Assembly (NCBI GenBank): GCA_965228735.1
Contig: OZ245838.1
Span: forward strand, 6,080,001 to 6,144,000
Length of the DNA: 64,000 bases
DNA from: Planctomycetota bacterium
GTDB lineage: Bacteria > Planctomycetota > UBA1135 > UBA2386
Direction of reading: 5' to 3'
Each line of letters opens with the position of its first letter. Positions within the stretch are counted from its first letter, which is position 1. Under the pieces are notes generated by a model. It was not told the DNA's origin, did no database searches, and saw only the letters and a list, made by a program, of their open reading frames with translations. This document shows, in pieces, positions 8,940 to 19,224 of the stretch. The position numbers and the translations under genes are program-made.

Positions 8940-10127
8940 TCAATCCGCCGTGGCCCACTGAGCGAGCCGGTCGACGCCCTTCTCCAGCGCCGGCATCGCC
9001 GCCGCGTAGCTCAACCGCACGAAGCCCGGGATCGCGAACGCGCTCCCCGGCACGCCCGCGAGCAGGTGATCGTCGAGCAGCTGGTTGCACGCTGCGACAT
9101 CGTCGATGCCGCGCCGTGCACAGATTTCCCGCGCGTCGACGAGCGCGTAGAACGAGCCGCGCGGCGTCTGCAGCGCGAGCCCCGGGATCTGGTTGATGCG
9201 ATCGACGAGGAAGCGCCGCCGTTCGTCGAACGCGGCCATGCGGTTCGTGTGCTCGTCGGGCAGCGGCGTGTTGCACGCCGCGAGCATCGCCGCCTGACTG
9301 ATCGTGCACGGGTTGCCGAGCACCTGACTCTGCATCTTGGCGCACGCCTCGATGAGCGGAGCGGGCGCTGCCATGAAGCTCGTGCGCCAGCCCGTCATCG
9401 TGTGGCTCTTGGTGAAGCCGTTCACGACGACCGTGCGCTCCTTGCCGCCGGCGATCGCGGCAGCGCTCGCGTGCTCGGCGTCGTCGTAGAGCAGCGTCGC
9501 GTAGATCTCGTCCGCGACGATCCAGAGCCCGGCGGCCGTCGCGGCGTCGACGATCGCGGTGAGCTGCGCCCGGGTCGGCACGGCGCCCGACGGGTTGTTG
9601 GGGTAGTTGAGGATGATGCCCTTGGCGTCGTGTTCTTGCGCCGCGGCGGCGATCGCGTCACCCGTGTGCACGAACCCGGCCTCGGGCACGGGCGCGACGA
9701 CGGCGGGTTCGCCGCCGGCCACGCGAACGAGCGCGGGGTACGACACCCAGTAGGGAGCGAGGAGCAGGACCTTGTCACCGGGCTCGACGAGCGCCGACAG
9801 GGCCAGGTGCAGCGCGGCCTTCGCGCCGGCCGTGACCATGACCTCCGCGGCCGAATACTCGAGGCCGAACTCACTGCTGAACCACGCGGCGCCGGCCGCG
9901 CGCAACGCCGGCGTGCCCGCGGCGGCCGTGTACCGGTAGTCGCCGGCCTCGATCGCCCGGATCCCGGCCGCGGTGATCGGCGGCGGCGCCGGGAAGTCCG
10001 GTTCGCCCGCGCCCAGCGACACCACGTCGAGGCCGTCGGCCTTCATCGCGGCCGCGCGGGCCGAGATCGCCAGCGTCGGCGAGGCTTCGATGCCGCGGGC
10101 GAGTGAGTTGGGGGCGAGGCCGCTCAT
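8940..10127 (-). CDS. PLP-dependent aminotransferase class I/II (aspartate aminotransferase-like)
   Basis: SLGAGEPDF, NYPNNPSG, ADEIY, NGFTKSHTMTGWR (PLP Lys), FVRLSYA. Confidence 0.92.
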   Translation of the reverse strand: MSGLAPNSLARGIEASPTLAISARAAAMKADGLDVVSLGAGEPDFPAPPPITAAGIRAIEAGDYRYTAAAGTPALRAAGAAWFSSEFGLEYSAAEVMVTAGAKAALHLALSALVEPGDKVLLLAPYWVSYPALVRVAGGEPAVVAPVPEAGFVHTGDAIAAAAQEHDAKGIILNYPNNPSGAVPTRAQLTAIVDAATAAGLWIVADEIYATLLYDDAEHASAAAIAGGKERTVVVNGFTKSHTMTGWRTSFMAAPAPLIEACAKMQSQVLGNPCTISQAAMLAACNTPLPDEHTNRMAAFDERRRFLVDRINQIPGLALQTPRGSFYALVDAREICARRGIDDVAACNQLLDDHLLAGVPGSAFAIPGFVRLSYAAAMPALEKGVDRLAQWATAD

Positions 10128-10323
10128 CGAGCCAGTAGAACGCGCGGCCCCGGGGAAGGCAAATCGCGGTGCAGGTGCGGATTCGCCGCGCGTGGGGCCG
10201 GAGGCCGGCGGAGATGCTCGGAGCTGGGACTCCCGCTGCGCGGAGCTGGGAATAACCGGGCGAGATGGTCGTCGAAGACGGTTCGGCTGCACTGCGCGCG
10301 GAGCTAAGCTGCCGCCCCGAGGC

Positions 10324-12456
10324 ATGAGCAAGAAGACGAAGACGAAGACCAAGAAGAGCAGCAAGCGACTCCTGCGCAACATCGCCCTCGGGCTCGTTGC
10401 ACTCGTGGCGTTCCTGTTGCTGTTCGTCGTGGCGTTCATCTACAACCCGTTCGAAGGGTCGGTGCGCGACGTGCGCGACCTGGTGCCGCGCGGGGTCAAC
10501 TTCTTCGCGCGCAAGACGCTGCTCGAGGACGATTTCTACGACTTCCCCGAGCCCAAGTTCTGGGTCCGACTCACCGACACGGTCGGTTGGCAGGAGATCC
10601 TCGAGGGGCCGCTGGCGCAGCAGGCGCGATCCGCCGGGTTCGAACGGTCGGTGCAGCAGCTGCGGCAGGCAACGGAGCAGATCCAGCGCGACAGCGGCGG
10701 CTGGGTCGAGCTGCTGCGCGACCTGATCGGCACCGAAGTCGTCGTCGCGGGCTACATGCAGGACTACAGCACGGCCCCGCCGCGGCCGCTGAGTCAGCCG
10801 CACTGGTGCGCGTATGCGCGCGTCACCTGGCGCATCAAGGCCGCGCTCGGGCTTGCGGGCTTCGGCTTCGTGCAGGGGGAGATCGAGAAGAGCGGCACGC
10901 AGTTCACGACGGACGGCGACCTGTTCGTCGTCACCCCGCCGGGGCAGCAGCCGCTCTACGTTCGCCGCCATCTCGACGTGCTCATGGTCGGCAACGACAA
11001 GAGCATGTTCGAGGCAACGCAGCGCCTCATCGACGGCAACCGCGACGAAGAGCCGTTCGGTCGGATCGCGGAATACACGGACGGCGCGGTCGCGCGCATC
11101 GAGAAATGGGCCGAGGACAACTTCATCGACGAGCCCAACGTCTTCGACTACATGCTGGAGCCGAACGCGTTCGACGGGTTCCGGCGCTTCGCGTCCAACT
11201 GGCCCAACCCGGCCAACCAGGACAGCATGAACGAGCGCGTGCTCGCGTCGTTCCTCAACCTCAAGGGCTGGCGGCGGCTCGTCGGCGGCGTGATGTTCGA
11301 GCCCGGCGTGCTCGCGGCGACGGGTCAGGTCGTGCTCAACAGCAAGCAGCACAGCGCGTTCCAGAGCACGTTCTACGCGGCCGAGAGCGCGCCGCGGGAG
11401 CAGTGGCTCGATCCGTTCCTGCAGATGGTGCCGCAGTCGGCCTGCGCGGCCGTCGGCATGCGCATGCCGGTCGGCGACTTCCTGCACGCGATGTTCGCGG
11501 CGATGGAGCCGGCCGAGCGCGATCTGATCAACGAGATGATGCGGCGCACGTCGTTCCGCGGCGAACAGCTGACCGGGACGGACGACCTCATCGAGCGGCT
11601 GCGCGTCGCGTTCTTGCCGCGCGCGGGGTTCGTGTTCCGGCGCAACATCCCGGACACGTCGGTCGACGAGAACGGTGAGGCCAAGGTGCCGGTCGCGCGG
11701 CAGTCGCCCGTGCCGCAGGTCGCGTGGGTGTTCTGGCTGCGGCCCGGCATGGCGCCGATGTTCGAGGACCTGATCCTCACGCTGCGCAACAACCCGGGCA
11801 ACTTCTACATCAAGAAGGTGTGGCACCTGCGCATCCCGCTGTCGGGCGGCACGCTGACCGAGCCGGTCACCGAGTTCTGCAACGCGCAGATCCCGGGCAC
11901 GGGCGAGATCGCGATGATGGTGTTCCGCGACTTCTTCGTCTTGTCCAACTCGGGGCCGCTGATCCAGGACGTTCTGCGCACGGCCTACAGCGACGGCAAC
12001 AACCGCTCGATCCTCGACCTCGAGGACTTCGACAAGTTCGACCGCGAGACGCCGAGCGCGCTCAACGCGTTCGTCTGGCTGCACGGCGACAACCTCGTCA
12101 AGCTGCTCGACGACTACCAGCGCTTCAGCGAGGCCGACAGCGAGCAGATGGACTCGGGTTGGATGCTCGCGGTGCGCGGCGACACGGAGGAGCAGGTGCG
12201 GCGCTCGCAGTTCCCGCGTTATCCGAGCAAGGCCGCGATGCCCGAGTCGCTGCGCCGCGGCGCGTTCAACGACGCCGTCGTCCGCGCGATGCAGCAGCGC
12301 TGGAAGCGCGAACGGACGAACTTCACGGCCGAGGACCAGGCTGCGATCCGGCAGCTGCGCGGCATGGCGCAGTTGCTCGACACGGGCTACCTGCAGCTCG
12401 AGCTCATGAACAACTTCATCCGCTACCAGGTCAAACTGCTGCTCGACATCGAGTAG
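10324..12456 (+). CDS. Hypothetical membrane-anchored protein (~710 aa)
   Basis: Basic N-terminus plus hydrophobic helix (IALGLVALVAFLLLFVVAFIY). Strong coding-type codon bias. No family recognised. Confidence 0.75.
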   Translation: MSKKTKTKTKKSSKRLLRNIALGLVALVAFLLLFVVAFIYNPFEGSVRDVRDLVPRGVNFFARKTLLEDDFYDFPEPKFWVRLTDTVGWQEILEGPLAQQARSAGFERSVQQLRQATEQIQRDSGGWVELLRDLIGTEVVVAGYMQDYSTAPPRPLSQPHWCAYARVTWRIKAALGLAGFGFVQGEIEKSGTQFTTDGDLFVVTPPGQQPLYVRRHLDVLMVGNDKSMFEATQRLIDGNRDEEPFGRIAEYTDGAVARIEKWAEDNFIDEPNVFDYMLEPNAFDGFRRFASNWPNPANQDSMNERVLASFLNLKGWRRLVGGVMFEPGVLAATGQVVLNSKQHSAFQSTFYAAESAPREQWLDPFLQMVPQSACAAVGMRMPVGDFLHAMFAAMEPAERDLINEMMRRTSFRGEQLTGTDDLIERLRVAFLPRAGFVFRRNIPDTSVDENGEAKVPVARQSPVPQVAWVFWLRPGMAPMFEDLILTLRNNPGNFYIKKVWHLRIPLSGGTLTEPVTEFCNAQIPGTGEIAMMVFRDFFVLSNSGPLIQDVLRTAYSDGNNRSILDLEDFDKFDRETPSALNAFVWLHGDNLVKLLDDYQRFSEADSEQMDSGWMLAVRGDTEEQVRRSQFPRYPSKAAMPESLRRGAFNDAVVRAMQQRWKRERTNFTAEDQAAIRQLRGMAQLLDTGYLQLELMNNFIRYQVKLLLDIE

Positions 12457-12515
12457 CCCGCCCGGCCGGTTGGGGCTGCAGGGCCGTGATTTCGGGCTGG
12501 CCGGCAAACTCCGCG

Positions 12516-12543
12516 TTGACAAGGGCGGGGCCGGGGCTAGTCT
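12516..12543 (+). promoter_or_regulatory. Putative sigma-70 promoter of tRNA-Leu
   Basis: TTGACA (12516-12521), 16-nt spacer, TAGTCT (12538-12543), just upstream of the tRNA. Confidence 0.55.
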
Positions 12544-12557
12544 CCTCGGCCCGACAC

Positions 12558-12644
12558 GCTCAGGTGGCGGAATTGGCAGACGCGCTAGCTTGAGGTGCTA
12601 GTGTCCTACGGGACTTGCAAGTTCAAATCTTGTCCTGAGCACCA
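12558..12644 (+). tRNA. tRNA-Leu (anticodon GAG)
   Basis: GCTCAGG/CCTGAGC acceptor stem, anticodon arm CTAGC-TTGAGGT-GCTAG, long variable arm, GTTCAAAT T-loop, encoded CCA. Confidence 0.97.
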
Positions 12645-12671
12645 CTTGCCCCACGAATCCTCGGGGCCTCG

Positions 12672-12708
12672 ACGCGACGAACGGCGACGTTCGTCGCGTT
12701 TTCTTTTT
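12672..12708 (+). terminator. Rho-independent terminator after tRNA-Leu
   Basis: ACGCGACGAACG...CGTTCGTCGCGT stem followed by TTTCTTTTT. Confidence 0.85.
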
Positions 12709-12722
12709 GCGTGGCCTCGGTT

Positions 12723-14123
12723 TCACGCCGGCGCGACGGCGGCCTGCATCGCGGCCCAGAGTTCCTCGACGTGCCGGCGTTCGGTCGGCAGGGCGCCGAT
12801 GGACACGCGCACCATCCAGCGACCGTCGAGTTGCGCCGGGGTCAGCCAGCCCGCGCCGCTCTGCGTGACGCGCTCGTGCCACGCCATCGTGTGCGCGTCG
12901 AGCTCGTCGCCCGTCATGCCCGCGGGCTCGTGTCGGACGCACAGCGTCTGCAGCGGCACCGGCGCGAGCAATCGCCAGTCGTCGGTCGCCGCGACCTGCT
13001 CCGTGAGCCAGCGCGCATTGTCGAGGTCGCGCCGCAGGCGTCGTTGCAGGCGGGCGACGCCGTGCGTGCGGATCAGGCTCCACAGCTTGAGCGCCCGGAA
13101 GCGGCGGCCGAGCGCGATGCCCCAGTCGCGGTAGTTCTTCACCTGCTCGTCGACCGCGGTGCGCAGGTAGCTCGGGTTGGTGCTCATCACGCGCTCGAGG
13201 TGCTCGGGGTCACGGATGAACATGACCGAACAGTCGAACGCCGCGCCGAGCCACTTGTGCGGATTGACGACGAGCGAGTCGGCGCGTTCGGCGCCGGCCC
13301 ACAGCCGGCGGCATTCGGGCAGGATCATCGCGGAGCCGGCCATCGCGGCGTCGACGTGCAGGAACGCGCCGTGTTCGGCCGCGACATCGGCGCACGCTGC
13401 GATCGGGTCCATCGCGGTGGTCGTCGTGGTGCCCGTCGTCGCGATGATCGCGGTCGGGATCGATCCGTTCGCGACGTCCTCGGCGACCGCGCGTGCGAGG
13501 TCCGCGGGATCGATCGCGTAGTCGGCGGTCGTCTTCACCTTGCGGAAGTTGCTGCGCGAGAACCCCGCGAGCAGCACCGCCTTGTCGATCGAGCTGTGCG
13601 CGTGCGCGCTGGTGTAAACGGTCTTCTGCGTGAGCGGCGCGGCGGTGCGTTCGCGCGCGCACAACATCGCGATCAGCGAACCCGTCGACGCGGTGTCCTG
13701 GATCACGCCCTGCAGTTCGGGCGGCAACCCGAGCATCTGGCGCAACCAGTCGGTCGTCCGATCCTCGAGCTCGGTCAGCGCGGGAGCGGACTGCCACGCG
13801 AGACCGAGCACGCCGAGGCCCGTGCTCAGGAAGTCGCCGAGAACGGAACTCAGGTCGCCGTTCGACGGGAAGTAGCCGAAGAAGCGCGGGTGTTGCCAGT
13901 GCGGCAGCGCCGGCAGCAACAACTCGTCGAGGTCGCGCATCACCGCGTCGAAGCCTTCGGGTTCGACGGGTGGTTCGGCCGGCAGTCTGGCGAGCAGCTC
14001 GCCCGGTTCGGCGCTGCTGTGGATCGCCCGATCGCCGACCGAGGCCCGGTAATCGGCGATCCAGTCGACCACGCGGTGGCCGAGCTCACGGAATTCTTCG
14101 GGGCTCATCGAGGAATCGTCCAT
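12723..14123 (-). CDS. PLP-dependent group II decarboxylase (aromatic-L-amino-acid decarboxylase-like)
   Basis: HWQHPRFFGYFP, AHSSIDKA, LHVDAAMAG, SLVVNPHKW, ALGRRFRALKLW. Confidence 0.92.
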   Translation of the reverse strand: MDDSSMSPEEFRELGHRVVDWIADYRASVGDRAIHSSAEPGELLARLPAEPPVEPEGFDAVMRDLDELLLPALPHWQHPRFFGYFPSNGDLSSVLGDFLSTGLGVLGLAWQSAPALTELEDRTTDWLRQMLGLPPELQGVIQDTASTGSLIAMLCARERTAAPLTQKTVYTSAHAHSSIDKAVLLAGFSRSNFRKVKTTADYAIDPADLARAVAEDVANGSIPTAIIATTGTTTTTAMDPIAACADVAAEHGAFLHVDAAMAGSAMILPECRRLWAGAERADSLVVNPHKWLGAAFDCSVMFIRDPEHLERVMSTNPSYLRTAVDEQVKNYRDWGIALGRRFRALKLWSLIRTHGVARLQRRLRRDLDNARWLTEQVAATDDWRLLAPVPLQTLCVRHEPAGMTGDELDAHTMAWHERVTQSGAGWLTPAQLDGRWMVRVSIGALPTERRHVEELWAAMQAAVAPA

Positions 14124-14257
14124 TGGTGCGGCGCGGAACTCTGGCGATGGGAAGGGCAGTTCGCGATCGGCGGCCGCGACGGGCGCCGCGGAGACGCAGT
14201 CGTAGCGGTCCAGGGCTGGGATTGCAGCCGCCTCCGTGGCTATGCTCGCGGTCTGGC

Positions 14258-15151
14258 ATGACGAGTCCCCGCGGTATTCCGGAGTCGGAGCGGCCGTCGC
14301 CCGAGCAGATCGCGACGACGATCGCGCTGCTCGGCGACGACGCCGGTGTCGTTCAGGCGTCGGCGCGCGAGCGCCTCGTGCTCTGGGGTGACGCCGCGGT
14401 CGCGCAGCTCGAGACGGCGACCGAATCGTCGAGCATGCTCGTGCGGTTGCGGTCGCGCGCCGTGCTGCGGGCCATCGATCTGCAGAAGGACCTGCGGCGG
14501 CTCGGGCGGCTGCAGTTCGAACGCGCGGGTCGCGGGTCGGCGCCGACGCTGCTCGAGGGCTCGATGCTGCTCGCGCGGCTCGTGCGCACGTTCGTGCCGC
14601 GCACCAGCTCGGTCGCGCAACGCCTGCGCCGGCTCGGCCGCAAGCTCAAGCGCGAGTTCGTCGGCCGCAGCCTGCCGACCCGCGCGCGACTGCTCGCGGA
14701 GCGCCTGCACGACGAGCTCGGACTGTCGGGTCAGAGCCCGGGTGGTCCCGAGGCGAGCGTGCTCGAGCTCGACCACGTGCTGCCGCACCGCGTGCTCGTT
14801 GGCGGCACCGGCATCCCGGTCGCGCTGTCGATCCTCTACATGCTCGTGGCCCGCTGGGCCGGCCTGTCGGCCGCCGGCGTGGCGCTGCCCGACCACTTCC
14901 TCGTTCGCCTGCACGGCGTGCGGCCGGTGCTCATCGACCCGTTCCACGCAGGGCGCACGATCACCAAGGCCGACTGCTCGCGGTATCTGCGCGCCAGCGG
15001 GCACGATCAGGTGAAGCATCACCTGCGCGATCTCGACGATCGTGAGGTGTTGCTCTACGCGCTGCGCGCGCTGCGGCGCGCGGTCCACTACCGCACGGCG
15101 CCCGAGACCAAGAAGGCGCTTTCCCGCGCCTTCGCGCTGCTCGACGAGTGA
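14258..15151 (+). CDS. SirB1/transglutaminase-like (Transglut_core2) family protein
   Basis: 'GIPVALSILYMLVARWAGL...GVALPDHFLVR...LIDPFHAG' motif. Confidence 0.8.
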   Translation: MTSPRGIPESERPSPEQIATTIALLGDDAGVVQASARERLVLWGDAAVAQLETATESSSMLVRLRSRAVLRAIDLQKDLRRLGRLQFERAGRGSAPTLLEGSMLLARLVRTFVPRTSSVAQRLRRLGRKLKREFVGRSLPTRARLLAERLHDELGLSGQSPGGPEASVLELDHVLPHRVLVGGTGIPVALSILYMLVARWAGLSAAGVALPDHFLVRLHGVRPVLIDPFHAGRTITKADCSRYLRASGHDQVKHHLRDLDDREVLLYALRALRRAVHYRTAPETKKALSRAFALLDE

Positions 15152-16431
15152 GGCAGCTGGCTGGGGGGCTGGCAGGAGCGATCGCAGCGCTGACGCTGCT
15201 GCTCGCTGCTGGTTGCACCGGCCTGTTCCAGCGCGCGCTGCCGAGCACGCCGCAGTCCTACGCGGTGACCGTGCCCGCGACCGGTGCCGTGCGCGTCGGC
15301 AGCGCCGAACGTGACATCACTCCGACCGTCGGTGGCTACCTCGGCGGCTTCGACCTCGCGCGCCGCAGCACCGCGGTGAACACGAAGCTCAAGGTGCGGG
15401 CGCTCGTCGTCGAGACGGGCGGGCGGCCGTTCGCGATCGTCGGCGTCGACAACCTCGGGCTGCTGCGCGAGGACGTCGACTGGCTCAAGAGCGGGCTGGC
15501 CGGCTTCCGCAACGGCGACATCTGCGTCTGCGCGAGCCACACTCACGCGGGCCCGGACCTCATCGGCATCTGGGGCTGGTACTTCATGACGACCGGGCGC
15601 GATCGCGGCTACCTCGCGAGCGTTCGCGACGCCATGGCCGCAGCGGTCGCGGAGGCGCGGCAGAACGCGGTGCCGGCGCGGTTCTCGCGCGGCACGGCGC
15701 TGTTGCCGCCGAGCGGTCTCGTGCGCAACAGCAACCGGCGCGGCGTGTTCGATCGCCGGGTCGTCGTGCTGCAGGCCCGTGCCGTCGATGACGATCGCCC
15801 GGTCGGCTCGCTGCTGCATCTGGCCTGCCACCCCGAGGTCCTGCCGCGGCGCAACACGCTGGTCTGCGCCGACTTCGTCGGGGTGCTGTGCGACGAGTGG
15901 CGCGCGCGCGGCCACGGCCAGGCCGTGTTCGTCAACGGCGCGCTCGGCGCGATGATCGCGCCCGACTACAAGCCGCGCACGCCCGCCGGTGTGCAGGAGT
16001 GCGGCAGCAAGCTCTGCGACATCGCCGAACGCGCGCTGGCTGCGGCCGAGCCGATGCCGATCGACGCGATCGAGATGCGCCGTCGTGACATCTTCCTGCC
16101 GATGGAGGCGCTCGCGTTCCGGCTCGGTCGCCTCATGACCGTGCTGCAGCGTGAGCTGCACGAGGGGTACGCCCGTTCGACGGTCGGCTACTTCCGCCTC
16201 GGTCCGTTCGAGGCCGCGCTCATCCCCGGCGAGATGGAGCCCGCGCTAGCCGAGCAATTGCGTGCGGAGCTCGGTTGCCCCGATCTACTGATCTTCGGCC
16301 TCTGCGACGACGAGGTCGGCTACCTGATGCGCAAGCAGGAAGCCCGCCACCCCGACTACCGCTACGAACACTCGATGAGTCCGTGCACGCTCGCGGGCGA
16401 AATGGTGCGAGCGGCCCTGACCGGCCGCTGA
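15148..16431 (+). CDS. Lipoprotein, neutral/alkaline ceramidase-like hydrolase
   Basis: Lipobox LLAAGC; DITP, ASHTHAGPD, ACHPEV, NGALG, IPGE and DEVGY motifs. GTG start overlaps the upstream stop. Confidence 0.75.
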   Translation: MRQLAGGLAGAIAALTLLLAAGCTGLFQRALPSTPQSYAVTVPATGAVRVGSAERDITPTVGGYLGGFDLARRSTAVNTKLKVRALVVETGGRPFAIVGVDNLGLLREDVDWLKSGLAGFRNGDICVCASHTHAGPDLIGIWGWYFMTTGRDRGYLASVRDAMAAAVAEARQNAVPARFSRGTALLPPSGLVRNSNRRGVFDRRVVVLQARAVDDDRPVGSLLHLACHPEVLPRRNTLVCADFVGVLCDEWRARGHGQAVFVNGALGAMIAPDYKPRTPAGVQECGSKLCDIAERALAAAEPMPIDAIEMRRRDIFLPMEALAFRLGRLMTVLQRELHEGYARSTVGYFRLGPFEAALIPGEMEPALAEQLRAELGCPDLLIFGLCDDEVGYLMRKQEARHPDYRYEHSMSPCTLAGEMVRAALTGR

Positions 16432-16546
16432 TGGCGTTACCGAACCCGTTTCAAATCCGCCACGGCAGAGCAGCGGCATGCGGCGGCGGAAGGGGCGGTT
16501 GCGATGGGGCGGGAGTGGCGGATTCGAAACGGGTTCGGTACCGCCA
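16432..16546. repeat. Palindromic REPIN/MITE-like element, copy 1
   Basis: Arms 16432-16463 and 16515-16546 are 32-bp inverted repeats with 2 mismatches. Located between convergent genes. Confidence 0.85.
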
Positions 16547-16552
16547 ACGGGT

Positions 16553-17212
16553 TCACTTCAGGATGTGGGGGTGGCTGAAGACGCTGTAGGGGAGCAGGTC
16601 GTCGACGGCGAAGAGCACGGGCCAGACGAGCTGGCCGCCGTAGTTGAACAGGATGACGAGGATGATGATCGTCATGAACGGGATCTGCATCAGGCCGTCG
16701 TAGATCTTGTTGGCGCCCGGATAGAGGCCGCGGACGACGCCGGCGCCGTCGAGCGGCGGCAGCGGGATCATGTTGAACACGGCGAGCAGCACGTTCAGCA
16801 GCAGGAAGATGCCGGCGATGCGGCGGATCGCGACCATCGTGTCGCCGTCGGGGCGGGCGATGAACCAGAGAGCTGCGAACGCGACGCCGGCGAGCATGAC
16901 GTTGGCCAGCGGACCGGCGGCCGACATGAGCGCCGCCTTCTTCGGGTTGTGGTGGGCCCAGATCGGATCGATCGGCGCGTGGGCGAAGCCGAACGTGTAG
17001 CGGCCGCCGCTGAGGAGCAGGATCACGATCGGCATGACGATCATGCCGAACGGCTCGCGCTGGATGTGCGGGATCGGATTGATCGTCACCTGACCCGTGC
17101 GATACGCGGTCAGATCGCCGCCGAGCTTGGCGAACCACGCGTGCGCGGCTTCGTGGAACGTCACGCTGATGATGAACGTGATGAACCACATCGCGGCGAG
17201 TGTCCAGTCCAC
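16553..17212 (-). CDS. Site-2 protease family (peptidase M50) membrane metalloprotease
   Basis: HEAAH zinc motif, AAGPLAN, FNMIPLPPLDG. GTG start just after the xseB stop. Confidence 0.9.
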   Translation of the reverse strand: MDWTLAAMWFITFIISVTFHEAAHAWFAKLGGDLTAYRTGQVTINPIPHIQREPFGMIVMPIVILLLSGGRYTFGFAHAPIDPIWAHHNPKKAALMSAAGPLANVMLAGVAFAALWFIARPDGDTMVAIRRIAGIFLLLNVLLAVFNMIPLPPLDGAGVVRGLYPGANKIYDGLMQIPFMTIIILVILFNYGGQLVWPVLFAVDDLLPYSVFSHPHILK

Positions 17213-17213
17213 G

Positions 17214-17471
17214 CTACTCCTCGCCCTCCTCAGCCGCGTCGTCGCCATCCGCCGCGGTCGCCATCTCGTCGACGACCTTCTTCACCTTGGTCTCGGTCGC
17301 CGCGAGCTTCTGGCGGCAGACGGTCAGCAGCAGAGCGGCGCGCTCGACCTTCTCCGACAGGACGTCGAGGTCGATCTCGCCCGACTCGATGTCGCGCAGG
17401 ATCTCGTCGAGCTCGGTCGTGGCTTCGGAGTAGCTCGGCTCCTTGGCCGACTTGGTCTTCTTCGCAGTCAT
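17214..17471 (-). CDS. xseB: Exodeoxyribonuclease VII small subunit
   Basis: SYSEATTELDEILRDIESGEIDLD...CRQKL; overlaps the xseA stop. Confidence 0.93.
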   Translation of the reverse strand: MTAKKTKSAKEPSYSEATTELDEILRDIESGEIDLDVLSEKVERAALLLTVCRQKLAATETKVKKVVDEMATAADGDDAAEEGEE

Positions 17472-19141
17472 TGGTTCTTGCTCTCGCTCGGGTCCTTCTC
17501 GACGCGTTCGATCGCGGCCGTCGCGCGGCCGTCGCGGAACTGCACGACGAGCTGCTGCCCGGCGCTGAGTCGGTCGGCGCTCGGCACGACGTTGCCGTCA
17601 CTGTCGCGCGCGAGCACGAAGCCGCGTTCGAGCACGCGGCGCGGGTCGAGCAGGCGCAGGCGCTCGGCCTGGCCATCGAGCCGCAGCGTGGCGCGTTCGA
17701 GGCGGCGGGCGCTGCCGTTGCTCGCGCGCGCAGCAGCGGCCAACAGCGCGTTGCGCTCGTTGGACAGTCGCAGCGTGACGGAGCTGCCGAGCTGCCGGCC
17801 GGCGCTCAGCAGGCCGTGGCGTTCGTCGCGGATGCGATGCGTGGCCGCGCGCTGGAGGTCGCTCGTCGTGCGCGCCAGCCCGTCGCCGAGGTCCTGCAGC
17901 AGCTCACGCGCGAGGCGCTGCAGTTGTTCGGCGCGCTCCTTGACGTCGGTGCGCGCGCCGCGCAGCAGCTCGACGATCAGGCCGGCCGCCGCGGTCGGCG
18001 TCTTCTCCGAATGCGCGACGAGGTCGAGCACGGACTGGTCGCGTTCGTGCCCGATGCCGACGAGCACCTTGAGCGGGTGCCGGCACACGAGCTGCGCGAT
18101 GTCCTGGTCGTCGAACCACGCGAGGTCGGTGCGCGAGCCGCCGCCGCGCACGATGCACAGCAGATCGAACTCGGCCGCGTGCCGTTCGAACCACTCGAGC
18201 CCGCGTCGCAGGCTCGGCTTCAGGCCCTGGCCCTGGGTCTTGATCGGATGCAGCGTCACATCGAGGCCGCAGCCGCTGCCCTGCAGGTGCTGCAGGAAGT
18301 CGTTCCAGCCGTCGGAGTCGGGGCTCGCGAGCACACCGATGCGAAGGGCCGGCACGGGGAACGGCAGCGCCCGGTTCTGCTCCGCGATGCCGAGCTTCTG
18401 CAGCTCCTTGAAGATCTGCTCCTTGGTCAGCGCGAGCTTGCCGAGCGTGTGCTCGGGGTCGATGTCCTCGATGATGACCTGGAAGCGGCCGACGTTCTTG
18501 AAGAGGTCGACGCGCACGAGCGCGCGGATCTCGATGCCGTCGCGCAGCGTCAGCGGGTTGTCAGAGCCTTCGAGCTTCTTCAGCAGCCACGACGCGGTGC
18601 GGCCGAACAGCGCCGTCTCGACCGTCGCGACGGCGCGCTGCGCCCGCTTGCCCTGCTCGGCGAGCTGGAAGAACTTGTGCTCGCGGTCGGCGGCTTTGTC
18701 GTAGCCGACGATCTCGCCGACGATCCACACCGGGTCCGGAAACAGCTGCCGCAGCCCGTCCTTCGCCCGGCCGGTCAGCTGCGAGATCGTCATCGCGTCG
18801 GGCGCCCGCGACTCGCCACCGGTCTGGCCGTCCGCGCCGAGCGGCAGCTGGCCCTGATCGACGGCGCCGTCCGTCGGACCGGCGGCGGCTTCGTCCGCCT
18901 TGGCCGGCGGCGCCCACGTCCCCGCGAGCAACCCCGACGCCTCGGACGAGAACTCGAACTGGAATGCGGCGAACGTCGCGTAGACCCGATCGATGTGCTG
19001 GCACGGCACCTTCCACGTCTTGTTGCGTGGATCCCAGCGGCGCCCGGGCAGCTCCTTCACCGCCGCGACGAGCGACTCGTCGTAGGGGAACCGAATGAGC
19101 AGATGGGTGCCGCCGGGGTCGATCTCGACCGTGCCCGTCAT
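17468..19141 (-). CDS. xseA: Exodeoxyribonuclease VII large subunit with an extra N-terminal HARP-like domain
   Basis: OB domain (VWIVGEI), catalytic-region motifs IVRGGGSRTDL, GIGHERD, KTPTAAA, C-terminal DPRRVLERGF...FRDG. Confidence 0.92.
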   Translation of the reverse strand: MTGTVEIDPGGTHLLIRFPYDESLVAAVKELPGRRWDPRNKTWKVPCQHIDRVYATFAAFQFEFSSEASGLLAGTWAPPAKADEAAAGPTDGAVDQGQLPLGADGQTGGESRAPDAMTISQLTGRAKDGLRQLFPDPVWIVGEIVGYDKAADREHKFFQLAEQGKRAQRAVATVETALFGRTASWLLKKLEGSDNPLTLRDGIEIRALVRVDLFKNVGRFQVIIEDIDPEHTLGKLALTKEQIFKELQKLGIAEQNRALPFPVPALRIGVLASPDSDGWNDFLQHLQGSGCGLDVTLHPIKTQGQGLKPSLRRGLEWFERHAAEFDLLCIVRGGGSRTDLAWFDDQDIAQLVCRHPLKVLVGIGHERDQSVLDLVAHSEKTPTAAAGLIVELLRGARTDVKERAEQLQRLARELLQDLGDGLARTTSDLQRAATHRIRDERHGLLSAGRQLGSSVTLRLSNERNALLAAAARASNGSARRLERATLRLDGQAERLRLLDPRRVLERGFVLARDSDGNVVPSADRLSAGQQLVVQFRDGRATAAIERVEKDPSESKNQ

Positions 19142-19224
19142 CGGCTCCAGTTCATACCGGATCGGTCGGTCCGGCGCCCCCTCTGCGCGGGAGAGTGCTC
19201 CTGCGCCCGAATCACCCAGCCGAA

